The notes under the pieces were generated by a model. It was not told where the DNA came from. It was given only the letters and a program-made list of their open reading frames with translations, and made no database searches. A stretch of 64,000 bases of DNA from Alphaproteobacteria bacterium (GTDB lineage Bacteria; Pseudomonadota; Alphaproteobacteria; GCA-2731375), in assembly GCA_965232515.1 (NCBI GenBank), contig CBDDPY010000002.1, positions 6,016,001 through 6,080,000 of the forward strand. Direction: 5' to 3'. A program made the translations under genes and the position numbers. This document shows, piece after piece, positions 29,274 to 38,123 of the stretch; the first letter of the stretch is position 1, and every line of letters starts with the position of its first letter.

Positions 29274-30911
29274 TCAGCCGGCCTTCGCCTCTTCCTCGTC
29301 GCGCAGGTCCTTGCGGCGGATCTTGCCGGTGGCGGTCATGGGCAAGGCGTCGCGGAACTCGACGGCGCGCGGGTACTGGTGGCCGGAGAGGCGTTGCTTG
29401 ACGAAGTCCTGGATCTCGGCCGCAAGGTCGGGACTGCCGTTCAGACCGGCCGGCGGGACGATGAAGGCCTTGACGATGGTGCCGCGCACGGGATCGGGCG
29501 CGCCGATCACGGCGGCGAGCGCCACGGATGGGTGCTTGATCAGGCAGTCCTCGATTTCCGACGGGCCGATGCGGTAAGCGCCGGACGAGATCACGTCGTC
29601 CTCGCGGCCCTTGAACCAGAAGAAGCCGTCGTCGTCCTTGTGGGCCAGATCGCCGGTGACGATCCAGTCGTCGAGGTATTTGCCGGCCGTTGCCTCGGGG
29701 TTGCGCCAGTATTCCAGCAGGAAGACCGGATCGGGGCCGCGCGCCGCCAGCACGCCTTCCGTGCCCGGCGGCAGCACGTTCCCCGCCTCGTCGATCACCT
29801 CGACATCATGGCCGGGGAGCGCCACGCCGATCGAGCCGGGCCGGTGCGCGCCGATGACGCCGCAATTGCCGGTCAGCAGGTTGGCCTCGGTCTGGCCCCA
29901 GAATTCGTTGATGGTGAGGCCGAAGGTCTCGCGGCCCCAGTCCAGGAGCTCGGCGCCGAGGCTCTCGCCGCCGCTGCCGATGGAGCGCATGGCGAAGTCT
30001 TGCCGCGCCTTGGGGTCTGGCACCTGGCGCAGCATCTTCAGGGCCGTCGGCGGCAGGAAGCTGTTGCGCACGTTGTGCTTCGCCAGCAGGTGGAAGGTCT
30101 GTTCGGGATCGAACTTGGGCGCGCGGTGGGCCAGCACCGGCACGCCGTAGTGCCAAGCCGGCAGCAGCACGTCGAGCAGGCCGCCGCCCCAGGCCCAGTC
30201 GGCCGGCGTCCAGAACAGGTCGTTCGCTTGCGGAAAGAAGTCGTGGGTGAACTCGATCGACGGGTAGTGGCCGAACATCACCCGATGGGCGTGTAGCGCG
30301 CCCTTCGGCGGCCCCGTCGTGCCCGACGTGTAGATGATCAAGGCCGGTTCTTCACCGGTCGTGTCGACCGGCGTAAAGGCGTCGCGGGCGTTCTCCAGCA
30401 GCGCCCAGAATTCGTGGTCGCCGGCCACATCGTCCGGTTCGGTCACGATGACCGTTTGCAGGTCCGGCAGGCGGTCGCGGATCTCGGCGAGCTTGCCGAC
30501 GTTGGCACCGTCGGTGACGACGGCCTTGGCGCCGCTGTTGCCGAGCCTGTATTCGAGCGCGTCGGGTCCGAAGAGCGTGAACAGCGGCAACGCGATGGCG
30601 CCCATGCGGTAGAGCGTGATGTGGGTGAGCGCCGTCTCCGGCCGCTGACCGAGCAGAATGCCGACGCAGTCGCCGGGGCCGATGCCGAGCGCGGTGAACG
30701 CGTTCGCCAGGCGGTTCGACAGCTTCTGCAGCTCGGCGAAGGTGTAGCGCCGGACCGCGCCGTCCGGGTCCTCGTAGATCAGCGCCAGCTTGTCCGGATC
30801 GCCGGCATGGCGGTCACAGGCATCGACGCCGATGTTGAACCGGTCGGGTATTTGATGGCGAAATGTCGCCTTCAGTTCCGCATAGGTCGATCCCGGCCGC
30901 AGCAAACGCAC
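29274..30911 (-). CDS. Acyl-CoA synthetase (AMP-binding)
   Basis: YTSGTTGPPKG, WGQTE, TGD, GREDD, TATGKIRR; probable GTG start with GGGGA RBS. Confidence 0.9.
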   Translation of the reverse strand: MRLLRPGSTYAELKATFRHQIPDRFNIGVDACDRHAGDPDKLALIYEDPDGAVRRYTFAELQKLSNRLANAFTALGIGPGDCVGILLGQRPETALTHITLYRMGAIALPLFTLFGPDALEYRLGNSGAKAVVTDGANVGKLAEIRDRLPDLQTVIVTEPDDVAGDHEFWALLENARDAFTPVDTTGEEPALIIYTSGTTGPPKGALHAHRVMFGHYPSIEFTHDFFPQANDLFWTPADWAWGGGLLDVLLPAWHYGVPVLAHRAPKFDPEQTFHLLAKHNVRNSFLPPTALKMLRQVPDPKARQDFAMRSIGSGGESLGAELLDWGRETFGLTINEFWGQTEANLLTGNCGVIGAHRPGSIGVALPGHDVEVIDEAGNVLPPGTEGVLAARGPDPVFLLEYWRNPEATAGKYLDDWIVTGDLAHKDDDGFFWFKGREDDVISSGAYRIGPSEIEDCLIKHPSVALAAVIGAPDPVRGTIVKAFIVPPAGLNGSPDLAAEIQDFVKQRLSGHQYPRAVEFRDALPMTATGKIRRKDLRDEEEAKAG

Positions 30912-30976
30912 GTGTCTGTCCCCCAAGAGATTTGGTTCATGCAAGCCTATTCACCGTCCCTGAGCCTGTCCACGCC

Positions 30977-32149
30977 ATGACCGCTAGCCGCGACCGCGCC
31001 GTCATCGTCGGTGTCGGCGAGAGCGTTTACGCCAAGTGGGGCGGCAGCGCCGACCGGAGCCAGTTCGCGCTCGCCTGCGAGGCGATCCTGAACGCCGCGG
31101 CCGATGCCGGCCTGCCGCCGTCGGCGATCGACGGCTTCGCGTCCTATTCGGACGACGCCAACGATCCGTCGCGGCTGATGATCGCGCTCGGCATCGACCA
31201 GCTCAGGTTCGCCTCCATGGTCTGGGGCGGGGGTGGCGGCGGGTCGTGCGGCGCGCTGGCGCATGCGGCGGCGGCGGTCGAGAGCGGGCAGGCGACGGCG
31301 GTCGCCGTGTTCCGGGGTCTGTGTCAGGGCCAGTCGTTCCGCTTCGGCCAGTACCATGCCTGGTCGCCGGACGCGGCCTTCACGGCGCCGTTCGGCCTGT
31401 TCGCGCCGGCACAGATGTTCGCCCTGCTGGCGCGGCGGCACATGCATCTCTACGGCACCACGTCGGAACAGTTCGCCGAGGTGGCGTTGGTCTGCCGCGA
31501 CAACGCCCAGCGAAATCCGCGCGCGGTGATGCACGACCGGCCGCTGACGATGGCGGAGCACCAGGCGTCGCGGATGATCGCCGATCCGCTACGGCTCTAC
31601 GATTGCTGCCTGGAGAGCGACGGCGCGGCGGCGGTGATCGTGACCTCGGCGGAGCGCGCCCGCGACCTGAAATCCCGGCCGGTGCACGTGCTGGCGGCGC
31701 AGCAGGGCAGCAGCAAGGGTTGGGGCAGCGGCATGCTGGGCGGCCACAACATGCCGGACGAGATCTACGCCTCGGGCAACGCCAGGGCGATGGCGGAGGA
31801 GATGTTCGCGCGGGCCGGCGTGCGGCCGGACGAAATCGACGTGGCGCAGCTCTATGACGCCTTCACCGCGACGGTGATCTTCTCGCTGGAAGACTATGGC
31901 TTCTGCGGCGTCGGCGAGGGCGGGCCGTTCGCGGCCGACGGCAACCTGCGCTGGCCCGACGGCCGCCTGCCGGTCAACACCTCGGGCGGCAACCTGTCGG
32001 AGGCCTATATCCACGGCTTCAACCTGGTGGTCGAGGGCGTGCGGCAGCTGCGCGGCGAATCGACCAGTCAGGTGCCGGACGCCAGGCTGTGCCTGGTCTC
32101 GGGCGGGGAAAGCGTGACGCCGACCAGCGCCGCGATCCTGGGGGTCTGA
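30977..32149 (+). CDS. Thiolase-like lipid-transfer protein (Ltp2/SCP2-thiolase type)
   Basis: DCCLESDG, QLYDAFT, NTSGGNLSEAYIHG. Confidence 0.88.
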   Translation: MTASRDRAVIVGVGESVYAKWGGSADRSQFALACEAILNAAADAGLPPSAIDGFASYSDDANDPSRLMIALGIDQLRFASMVWGGGGGGSCGALAHAAAAVESGQATAVAVFRGLCQGQSFRFGQYHAWSPDAAFTAPFGLFAPAQMFALLARRHMHLYGTTSEQFAEVALVCRDNAQRNPRAVMHDRPLTMAEHQASRMIADPLRLYDCCLESDGAAAVIVTSAERARDLKSRPVHVLAAQQGSSKGWGSGMLGGHNMPDEIYASGNARAMAEEMFARAGVRPDEIDVAQLYDAFTATVIFSLEDYGFCGVGEGGPFAADGNLRWPDGRLPVNTSGGNLSEAYIHGFNLVVEGVRQLRGESTSQVPDARLCLVSGGESVTPTSAAILGV

Positions 32150-32152
32150 GCC

Positions 32153-32575
32153 ATGCCGTATCTGCCCGACAGCCTGCCCTTTCCCGAGCCCGACCTAGAC
32201 GCGGCGGAGTTCTGGGCGCATTGCCGGGATCGCCGGCTGATGTTCCAGGCTTGCGGCGATTGCGGCGTGGCGCAACACCCGCCGCTTCCGGTCTGCCCCG
32301 CCTGCCAGTCGGCGAACCGAACCTGGGTGCCGGCGCCGGCCGAGGCGCGGGTGTTCAGCTATACTTTCGCGCACTATGCCTCGCACGCGGCCGTGCGCGA
32401 CCGGCTGCCCTACAATGTCGCGGTGATCGCGTTTCCCGCGCTGCCGGGCGTGAAGCTGATTAGCAACGTGATCGACGCCGCGCCCGGCGCGCTGGCTGTG
32501 GGTTCGGCCGTCGAGCTTGCCTGGGACGAGGGCCCGGACGGCCAATGGCTGCCGCGGTTTCGGTTGCTGACGTAG
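32153..32575 (+). CDS. DUF35 Zn-ribbon/OB-fold protein (ChsH2-like)
   Basis: FW....DRRLMFQACGDC, CPAC, PY, LISN. Confidence 0.9.
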   Translation: MPYLPDSLPFPEPDLDAAEFWAHCRDRRLMFQACGDCGVAQHPPLPVCPACQSANRTWVPAPAEARVFSYTFAHYASHAAVRDRLPYNVAVIAFPALPGVKLISNVIDAAPGALAVGSAVELAWDEGPDGQWLPRFRLLT

Positions 32576-32594
32576 CGCCTTTTCCCGCGGCGCG

Positions 32595-32688
32595 CTTCGA
32601 GACGCGCCCTATGGGCGCTCCTCAGCGTGAGGCTGTGCAGTAGGAGCCACGGCCTCAGCCTGAGGAAGGCCGAAGGCCTGTCTCGAAG
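32595..32688. repeat. Cruciform intergenic repeat (RIME/REPIN-like), copy 1
   Basis: CTTCGAGAC-hairpin-TCCTCAG.TGAGG...CCTCAGCCTGAGGA-hairpin-GTCTCGAAG. Confidence 0.85.
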
Positions 32689-32704
32689 GCGGATATTGTG
32701 GCTC

Positions 32705-32733
32705 TTGACAACGCGGCGGCTAGATGCAGTCTT
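32705..32733 (+). promoter_or_regulatory. Candidate sigma70 promoter for the small ORF unit
   Basis: Consensus TTGACA at 32705 and weak -10 (CAGTCT) 16 nt downstream. Confidence 0.55.
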
Positions 32734-32769
32734 TCCGCATCGGTGCAACAGCAGAAAGGAGGTGATCCA

Positions 32770-32868
32770 ATGTCTGACGTTTTGGTGACGGTGAGTACTG
32801 CGCCCGCGTTCGGTGGCGGATCCAACACGATGACTTGGACGACGCCTTCTCGAACGGGGATTGCATAG
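32770..32868 (+). CDS. 32-aa small ORF (MSDVLVTVSTAPAFGGGSNTMTWTTPSRTGIA) or sRNA with extended SD
   Basis: AGAAAGGAGGTGATCCA directly before ATG; own candidate promoter and terminator. Confidence 0.55.
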   Translation: MSDVLVTVSTAPAFGGGSNTMTWTTPSRTGIA

Positions 32869-32935
32869 GCAGCACTCACTGCCGACCGGCGGTCGCCAAG
32901 AACGGCCCCGGCTTCACCTAACGTGAAAAACTGCG

Positions 32936-32968
32936 ACGCCGCGCCTCCCGGTGCGGCGTTTTTCTTTT
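32936..32968 (+). terminator. Intrinsic terminator (possibly bidirectional)
   Basis: ACGCCGCGCC-TCCC-GGTGCGGCGT followed by TTTTCTTTT; A-run upstream. Confidence 0.8.
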
Positions 32969-32983
32969 GCGTCGATCGGCGCC

Positions 32984-33313
32984 TCAGACGACCAGCGCGG
33001 CGAGCGTCGGGACCTTCTTGGCGATCTCCATGGCCACCGCGCCGAGGCGTTCGACGCGGGCCTTGAGTTGCGCCTGCGACCAGTTTCGCGCCGAGGCGAG
33101 CTCGACCGTCTTGATCAGCTTGGCGTAGGCCGCCTCGTCCGCGGTGTCCGGCGTGATGCCCTTGATCACGTCGCCGGTGAGGTTCTTCAGGTCCGCCAAC
33201 TGGTCCTTGTAGCGGCCGTTCACCGCCGCCACCGAGACCTCGAATAACTCGTCGAGATAGGCGTCGATATCGGCGTCGTCGCCGAAGGTGGGATTGCCGC
33301 CGGTGTCGCTCAT
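32984..33313 (-). CDS. Hypothetical helical protein, 109 aa
   Basis: GAGGG RBS; strong codon bias; last gene of a 3-gene operon. Confidence 0.8.
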   Translation of the reverse strand: MSDTGGNPTFGDDADIDAYLDELFEVSVAAVNGRYKDQLADLKNLTGDVIKGITPDTADEAAYAKLIKTVELASARNWSQAQLKARVERLGAVAMEIAKKVPTLAALVV

Positions 33314-33332
33314 GACGTTGTCCCTCGCGTCG

Positions 33333-34052
33333 TCATTCGTTCGTGATGCGCTGCTTCAGCTTGTCCAGGCCCTCGCGCAGGGCCTGGACCTTGGCCACCG
33401 CGTCGCCGACGCTGTCGGCTTTGGATTCCGCCTCGCTGGTGATCTTGGCGATGTCATCCGACAGCCGTGTCAGCGTCGAGGTAACCCTCTCGCGCAAACC
33501 ATCGGCGCCGACATCGGCCAGGATCTCGTCTTGCGCGACTTGCACCTGTCGGATCGAGGCGAGATGGCCGGCGACCACGGAATAACCGCGCTGCATGCGC
33601 TGGTAGGAGGCGTCGATCGCGGCCATGTAGTCGCGCCGCTGCTGCTCCAGCGGATCCAGCAGCTCGCGGCGCTTGGCCTCGGTCTCGCGCTGCTGCCGGC
33701 GGATGAAGCCCTGCATCAGCCGGAGCGCCGTGTTGTCGGGAACGGCGGCCGAATCTCGAAGGTGCTCGACGAAGGTCTTGTTGCCGAAGGCCGGGATGCG
33801 GCGGGTCAGCGCTTCCTGGGTCAGGGCCGGGCTGTAGGTGTTGTCGATGAAGTTGTTGATGGTCTGCCGGTTCTGATCGAAATAGACCGTGGCCAGATCG
33901 CGGTGCGCCCGCTGCATCTCGGCCATGTCTTGCGAGACCAGGTCGGACAGCTCGACAGCCTCCTGGGGCACGTCGGCGCAGGCCGCAAGGCCGAGCGCGG
34001 CGGCGGCACAGAGGGCGATCCAGGCTCGGACGGGCTTCGAGATACGCTGCAT
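33333..34052 (-). CDS. Hypothetical coiled-coil lipoprotein
   Basis: Lipobox LAAC at residue 25; long amphipathic/heptad helices. Confidence 0.8.
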   Translation of the reverse strand: MQRISKPVRAWIALCAAAALGLAACADVPQEAVELSDLVSQDMAEMQRAHRDLATVYFDQNRQTINNFIDNTYSPALTQEALTRRIPAFGNKTFVEHLRDSAAVPDNTALRLMQGFIRRQQRETEAKRRELLDPLEQQRRDYMAAIDASYQRMQRGYSVVAGHLASIRQVQVAQDEILADVGADGLRERVTSTLTRLSDDIAKITSEAESKADSVGDAVAKVQALREGLDKLKQRITNE

Positions 34053-34084
34053 GACGCTTTACCGTTGGTTGTTGGTCTTGGTTG

Positions 34085-34555
34085 TCAGGCCTGCATGATC
34101 TCGCCGGGGAAGCCCGGCGAATAGTGCTGGCCGTCATAGGTCAGGACCTCGCGGCGGTTCTGGTCGGGGCCGACATAGCTGCAATGCACCCAGCCGGCGG
34201 TGGGGTTGCCGTCGACCCAGAACTCCAGGATCAGCTGGTCGAAATCCAGATTGTCGGCGATGTGCCGGGCCAGCTCGATGTTCGAGATGCCGGGGATCTC
34301 GAAATCGACGGCCTGGCCCTTCACGTGCTGAGAGCGGTTGGACGAGCCGATGGCCCGGTTCAGCTCGGGCCCGCGGTACCAGGAGCTGGGCGAGAACGGC
34401 CGGGCGAAATGGTTCCGGCAGGGCTCGAGGATATGCTCGGCGACCAGCTTCAGCGCCTTGAGCGCTTCGTCGTCGGGCTTGTTGTCGATACCCTTGCGCA
34501 GCGCAGTCTGCGACTTGATGGCTTCCGCCAGCGTGAAGTGCGGCGAAATATTCAT
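34085..34555 (-). CDS. Peptidase M15A (D-Ala-D-Ala carboxypeptidase-family Zn metallohydrolase)
   Basis: SPHFTLAE, SWYR, SQHVKGQAVD, FDQLILE, WVHCS. Confidence 0.9.
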   Translation of the reverse strand: MNISPHFTLAEAIKSQTALRKGIDNKPDDEALKALKLVAEHILEPCRNHFARPFSPSSWYRGPELNRAIGSSNRSQHVKGQAVDFEIPGISNIELARHIADNLDFDQLILEFWVDGNPTAGWVHCSYVGPDQNRREVLTYDGQHYSPGFPGEIMQA

Positions 34556-34655
34556 GGCAGCCCCCAACAGATCAGTTGTTTTTGTCTTTGTGCTTTGTCG
34601 GTCGGATTAGCCTATCCCGCCGCCGTTCCTTATCAAAGTGTCGCGGTTCACATGC

Positions 34656-35678
34656 CTATGCGCCGACGATGTCGGTGACGAGGTGGGCGATGCAGTCACC
34701 ACGCTCGACCCGGGCGAAGTGGCGCTTGCAGATCAACATACCGCCGGCCTTGAAGCTGACGGTGACGGGCTCGCGGCCGGGATCGTCGACGAAATGGATG
34801 CAGCCGGCGGGCGCGCCCGCCTCGACCTCCGCGCCGAGCTCATGGAACGGCTCGAACAGCCCGGCGTCGGGTGCATAGACGAAGTAGTCGCGGGTCGCGA
34901 TCTCGACCAGGCGGATCTTCTCGGGCGGGCCGACGTCGGGAAAGCGGTCGCGGTTCTTCAGCACGCCGAAATAGTCGAGCGCCCGGACGGCGCCGTTGCG
35001 GGTCAGCTGCACGCCGGCCGGGCTGACGCGGCCGCCGCCGCCGGCTTCGGTGCCGAGGTAGATGACGTTGTTGTCCTGCGCCGTGCTGCGGGCCAGGCGC
35101 TTGTCGTCGAAATAGTCCCAGATCACGCTGATCGGCGCGCCGAACGCCATCAGGGCCTCGCGGGCCCGCGCGTTGTAGTCGGCGTCCTCGGTCAGATAGC
35201 ACATGGCCATGGGCACGTAGTCGAGTGATGAGCCGCCGGAATGCAGGTCGATCCAGCCGTCGCACATGGGCGCCAGGACGGTATGGATGTAGTGTGCGAT
35301 TTCCTGCGTCGGACCGCGACTGGGGTCGCCGGGGAACGAGCGGTTCAGGTTGCCGCCGTCGAGCGGGGAGACGCGGGCGCCGGCCATGGCGGCGGGATAG
35401 TTCGCGGCCGGCATGACGATGACGCGGCCGGAAATGTCCTCGGGTTGCAACTCGCGGATCAAGCGGCAGAGCGTGACCTGGCCTTCATATTCGTCGCCGT
35501 GGTTGCCCGACATCAGCAGCACCGTCGGGCCCTCGCCGTTGCGGATCACCGTTAGCGGGATTGAGATGTTGCCGTAGGCCGAACGCGTGACCGAATAGGG
35601 CATTTGCAGATAGCCGTTCTGCTTGCCGTCGGCCTCGAAGTCGAGCTCGGTCCAGATCCGGGATGGTGTCGTTGTCAT
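34656..35678 (-). CDS. Succinylglutamate desuccinylase/aspartoacylase family (DoeB-like deacylase)
   Basis: GNHGDEYEG, NLNRSFPG, DLHSGG, TEAGGG. Confidence 0.9.
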   Translation of the reverse strand: MTTTPSRIWTELDFEADGKQNGYLQMPYSVTRSAYGNISIPLTVIRNGEGPTVLLMSGNHGDEYEGQVTLCRLIRELQPEDISGRVIVMPAANYPAAMAGARVSPLDGGNLNRSFPGDPSRGPTQEIAHYIHTVLAPMCDGWIDLHSGGSSLDYVPMAMCYLTEDADYNARAREALMAFGAPISVIWDYFDDKRLARSTAQDNNVIYLGTEAGGGGRVSPAGVQLTRNGAVRALDYFGVLKNRDRFPDVGPPEKIRLVEIATRDYFVYAPDAGLFEPFHELGAEVEAGAPAGCIHFVDDPGREPVTVSFKAGGMLICKRHFARVERGDCIAHLVTDIVGA

Positions 35679-35701
35679 TCTTGTTCCCCACTCGTTACGG
35701 A

Positions 35702-37042
35702 TTATTGGTTCTTCAGCGCGGCCTCGACGGTGGCGGCGATCGACAGCACGCGATGGTCGGCGCCGTGCTCGCCCATGATCATCAGGCCCACGGGGAGGTC
35801 GCCTGGCGCCTGGCAAGGCAGCGAGGCGGCGCAGCGGTCGAGGAAGTTGCCGACGGTGCAGTTGCGCAGGCTCAACAGGTTCAGGCGGTAATAGTCGTCG
35901 TCGACCTCCAGATCCGCCATGCGCGGGGCCAGGATCGCCACGGTCGGCATCAGCACCGCGTCGAACGGCGCGGTCAGCTTGTGGACCCGGGCGATCAGGT
36001 CGGCGCGCGCGTTCACCAGATCGATATAGTCGGCGGCGCTCATCTCGGCGCCGCGGCGGATGCGGCTGCCGACGCGCGGGTCGTAACGATCGCCGGCGCG
36101 GTCGAGCAGGTCGCGGTGCCAGGCATAGGCCTCGGCGGCCGGGAAGCCGCCGTTGACGCTGAGCTGCGGGATCTCATGCAGCTCGGCCAGCGGAATGTCC
36201 GTGATCGTCGCGCCGGCGGTCGACAGCCGCGACAAGGTCGCGTCGAAAGCACCGGCGACGGCGTCGTCGAGATCGTCCAGGACATATTGTTGCGGCACGG
36301 CGAAACGCAGGCCGGTGAGCGGTGCCTCGTCGGGTAGGCGGATCGGCACACCGGCCAGCACGGCGTCGAGAATGGCGCAACAGGCGACGCTGGCCGCGAG
36401 CGGGCCGATGCTGTCGAGCGAGAAGGACAGCGGCGCCGCGCCGTCGAGCGGCACGCGCGCTTGCGTCGGCTTGAAGCCGGTGATGCCGCAGAAGGCCGAC
36501 GGGATGCGCACCGAGCCGCCGGTATCGGTGCCGAGCGCCGCGACGGCCATGCCGTCGGCCACCGACACGGACGCGCCCGAGGACGAGCCGCCCGGCACGC
36601 GGGTCCGGTCGTGCGGGTTGCCGGGCGTGCCGTAATGCGGGTTGGCGCCGATGCCGGAAAAGGCGAACTCGGTCATGTTGGTGCGGCCGATCGGCACCGC
36701 GCCGGCGGCCCGGACACGGGCCACCACGGGCGCGTCGGTCGTGGCAGGGGCGGCATCCTTGAGGACCACCGAGCCGGCCGTGGTGACCTGGCCCGCGACA
36801 TCGAACAGGTCCTTGATCGAGACCGGCAGGCCGGCAAGGGGTGAGGGCGTGACGCCGTGCGCGCGCAGCCGGTCGCTCGTGTCCGCCATAGCCAAGGCCG
36901 CCTCGCGGTCGACATGCAGGAAGGCGCGCTGGCCCTCGCCGGACGGGTCCTCGATGCGGGCAAGCGCCCGTTCGGTCAGCGCCCGGCTGGTGGTGCGGCC
37001 GGCCGCGAGGTCGGCGGCGAGGTCAAGGACGGTGTCTGGCAT
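35702..37042 (-). CDS. Amidase-signature family amidase
   Basis: SIKDLFD, PGGSSSG, GTDTGGSVRIPS. Confidence 0.93.
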   Translation of the reverse strand: MPDTVLDLAADLAAGRTTSRALTERALARIEDPSGEGQRAFLHVDREAALAMADTSDRLRAHGVTPSPLAGLPVSIKDLFDVAGQVTTAGSVVLKDAAPATTDAPVVARVRAAGAVPIGRTNMTEFAFSGIGANPHYGTPGNPHDRTRVPGGSSSGASVSVADGMAVAALGTDTGGSVRIPSAFCGITGFKPTQARVPLDGAAPLSFSLDSIGPLAASVACCAILDAVLAGVPIRLPDEAPLTGLRFAVPQQYVLDDLDDAVAGAFDATLSRLSTAGATITDIPLAELHEIPQLSVNGGFPAAEAYAWHRDLLDRAGDRYDPRVGSRIRRGAEMSAADYIDLVNARADLIARVHKLTAPFDAVLMPTVAILAPRMADLEVDDDYYRLNLLSLRNCTVGNFLDRCAASLPCQAPGDLPVGLMIMGEHGADHRVLSIAATVEAALKNQ

Positions 37043-37129
37043 GCGAAAAGGTTCCCTGGCGGATTTTCGGACGGCGCGGGCATGCTATCATGGCCGAGCG
37101 TCGGAAATAGAGTTGGAAGGAGAGGCGGC

Positions 37130-38062
37130 ATGAGCGCCGTGCAGATCGTCGAGGTGGGGCCGCGGGACGGCCTGCAATCGGTCCCGACCTGGGTGCCGAC
37201 CGAGGACAAGGTCGCGTTCATCCGGGCTCTGCTGCGCGCGGGCGTCAGCCGCTTCGAGATGGGCTCGTTCGTCAGCCCCAAGGCGATCCCGCAGATGAAG
37301 GACATCCGCGACGTGATCGCCGGCCTGGGCCCGCTGGGCGATGTGCGGCCGATGGTGCTGGTACCGAACACGCGCGGCGCGCGGGATGCGGTCGAGGCCG
37401 GCATGAACGAGATCATCTACGTGGTCTCGATGTCGGAATCCCACAACCAGAGCAACGTGCGCCGGCCGGTGCAGCAATCGATCGACGATCTCGGCGTGCT
37501 CTGCCGCGAGGTCGACCCCGACGGCAAGCTGCGGCTGCGCATTGGCCTCGCGACCTCGTTCGACTGCCCGTTCGAGGGCCGCACGCCCGAGGCCAACGTG
37601 CTGCGTAATATCGAGCAGATCCTAGCCATCCGCGAGGATGTCGAGCTGGTGCTGAGCGACACGACCGGCTTTGCCATGCCGGATCATGTCGGCGGTCTCG
37701 CCAGGCAATGCATCGCGCAGTTCGGCGACGGGATCACCTGGGGCTTCCACGGCCACGACACGCTGGGTTTTGCCGTCGCGAACGTGCTGGCGGGCCACGA
37801 GGCCGGGCTGACGGTGTTCGACGGCTCGGCGGCGGGACTGGGCGGCTGCCCGTTCGCGCCGGGCGCCACCGGCAACGTCGCGACCGAGGACCTGATCTAC
37901 CTGTTCCACCGCATGGGCGTCGATACCGGCATCGATCTTGACCTGTTCCTGGAGGCGGCCGACATGGCGGCCAAGATCCCGAACGGCGTCACCGGCGGCC
38001 ATGTCCGACAGATCCCGCGCGAGCGGCTGAAGCTGGAGGGCCCGCGTTACGCTGCCGAATAG
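37130..38062 (+). CDS. Hydroxymethylglutaryl-CoA lyase family protein
   Basis: EVGPRDGLQ, HGHDT, GLGGCPFAPGATGNVATED. Confidence 0.92.
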   Translation: MSAVQIVEVGPRDGLQSVPTWVPTEDKVAFIRALLRAGVSRFEMGSFVSPKAIPQMKDIRDVIAGLGPLGDVRPMVLVPNTRGARDAVEAGMNEIIYVVSMSESHNQSNVRRPVQQSIDDLGVLCREVDPDGKLRLRIGLATSFDCPFEGRTPEANVLRNIEQILAIREDVELVLSDTTGFAMPDHVGGLARQCIAQFGDGITWGFHGHDTLGFAVANVLAGHEAGLTVFDGSAAGLGGCPFAPGATGNVATEDLIYLFHRMGVDTGIDLDLFLEAADMAAKIPNGVTGGHVRQIPRERLKLEGPRYAAE

Positions 38063-38123
38063 CGGAACGTACGGCTGACCGCGTTGTCGGGCGCGGGCGG
38101 TCGATGCAACGAGAGGGGTCATC

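Noticed and set aside
32753-32769. Possible 16S rRNA gene fragment
   Set aside because: The match stops after 17 nt (continues ATG, not GCCGC) and the flanks are not rRNA-like; treated as an extended SD
32984-34555. Prophage lysis cassette
   Set aside because: No holin, structural, replication or integrase genes and no att-like repeats seen
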